Source: Candidatus Omnitrophota bacterium (lineage in GTDB: Bacteria; Omnitrophota; Gorgyraeia; Gygaellales; Profunditerraquicolaceae). Taken from it: a DNA stretch of 64,000 nt. Each line of letters begins with the position of its first letter. Position 1 is the stretch's first letter. The notes under the pieces are model-generated. The model saw only the letters and a program-made list of their open reading frames with translations, did no database searches and was not told where the DNA came from. Positions 63,542 through 64,000 of this stretch are shown here, one piece after another. The position numbers and the translations under genes are program-made. The stretch spans positions 75,800 through 139,799 of the forward strand of contig JAOAET010000051.1 of the NCBI GenBank assembly GCA_026416665.1, read 5' to 3'.

Positions 63542-64000
63542 AGAACGACTTAATTTTTTCTTCTAATTCTTTCGGATTAGTAGAGGCAGTACCTACTTTA
63601 CCTACTACAATTCCAGCAGCAAAGTTGGCTAAATGGGCAGCCTCTGAAGGGCTACTGCCTATACATAAGGCAAGAGTAAAAGTAGCAATAACAGTATCTC
63701 CAGCACCTGAGACATCAAAGACTTCTTGAGCAACAGTAGGTATATGCTTATCTTCTTTCTGTGTAAATAACCACATCCCGTCTTCTCCAAGAGTAATCAA
63801 GAGATTATCTAATTTCAGGTGCTTCAGAATAGCATACCCTGCCTTTCTGATATCTTCCTCAGTTGTTAGTTTATCGTGGTAGATTTTGAATTCATTGCGT
63901 TCATCTCTCATCTTTAGTGAACGAATAGCATTCTGTGCTTCTTTGCGATTGGGAGTAATAGCAGTAACTTGTTGATAAAATTCAAAGTGTTCCTCTTTGG
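63525..64000 (-). CDS. PfkB-family sugar kinase (HldE/RfaE heptose-7-P-kinase-like), 5'-truncated by window edge
   Basis: C-terminal PfkB signature DVSGAGDTVIATFTLAL. The reading frame continues past 63911 to the window end. Confidence 0.6.
   Translation of the reverse strand, partial: KEEHFEFYQQVTAITPNRKEAQNAIRSLKMRDERNEFKIYHDKLTTEEDIRKAGYAILKHLKLDNLLITLGEDGMWLFTQKEDKHIPTVAQEVFDVSGAGDTVIATFTLALCIGSSPSEAAHLANFAAGIVVGKVGTASTNPKELEEKIKSFYEKDK

Overview
Low-GC bacterial chromosome segment (roughly 35-40% G+C by eye). Almost every gene is on the minus strand. Content is housekeeping plus several accessory clusters. (1) 1-8.5 kb: an extended MoxR/Bat 'aerotolerance-type' operon (MoxR AAA+, DUF58, TPR/SurA-like membrane protein, BatD-like/DUF4381-like fusion, BatA, BatB, BatC, partial BatD), preceded by two tandem zinc-ribbon mini-proteins. 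(2) 8.5-12.4 kb: a heat-shock supra-operon of three Hsp20/alpha-crystallin genes, groES and groEL, with a near-consensus CIRCE element at its 5' end, an internal perfect stem-loop, and an adjacent MerR/HspR-like regulator. (3) 12.4-17.6 kb: an A/T-rich accessory stretch. It holds the only plus-strand island, a PNP/MTAN-family nucleosidase translationally coupled to an SPL-family radical-SAM protein with a long novel N-terminal extension, diverging from the HspR-like gene across a palindrome-rich promoter region. It also holds a 677-aa membrane-anchored protein and a TPR protein. (4) 17.7-25.7 kb: Wood-Ljungdahl/C1 genes (acetyl-CoA synthase AcsB, a Pyr_redox-type flavoprotein, MetF, FolD, FTCD-like cyclohydrolase) interleaved with greA, rlmD and a DUF486 gene. 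(5) 25.7-45.7 kb: a conserved housekeeping run (yraN, rnhB, rplS, trmD, tgt, polyprenyl synthase, queA, spoIID-like, ruvB, scpA, trpS, infB, nusA, rimP, compact proS, ispG, rseP, dxr, cdsA, uppS). (6) 45.8-57.9 kb: GH57 glucan enzyme with DUF4912-like and a coiled-coil lipoprotein-like gene, purA, a LeuA/NifV-family synthase, a secreted degenerate-5'-nucleotidase/thioredoxin-like fusion, serA, a class-V aminotransferase, clpP, a secreted hypothetical and a short trigger factor lacking the PPIase domain. (7) 58.9-64 kb: LPS/Kdo genes (lptB, LptC/A-like, kdsC, kdsD, kdsA, kdsB, partial PfkB/HldE-like kinase). No rRNA, tRNA, CRISPR array or transposase was recognised. The ORF track uses TTG/GTG as 'M' in several places; start sites were re-checked against the sequence and adjusted where an ATG with a Shine-Dalgarno was evident.
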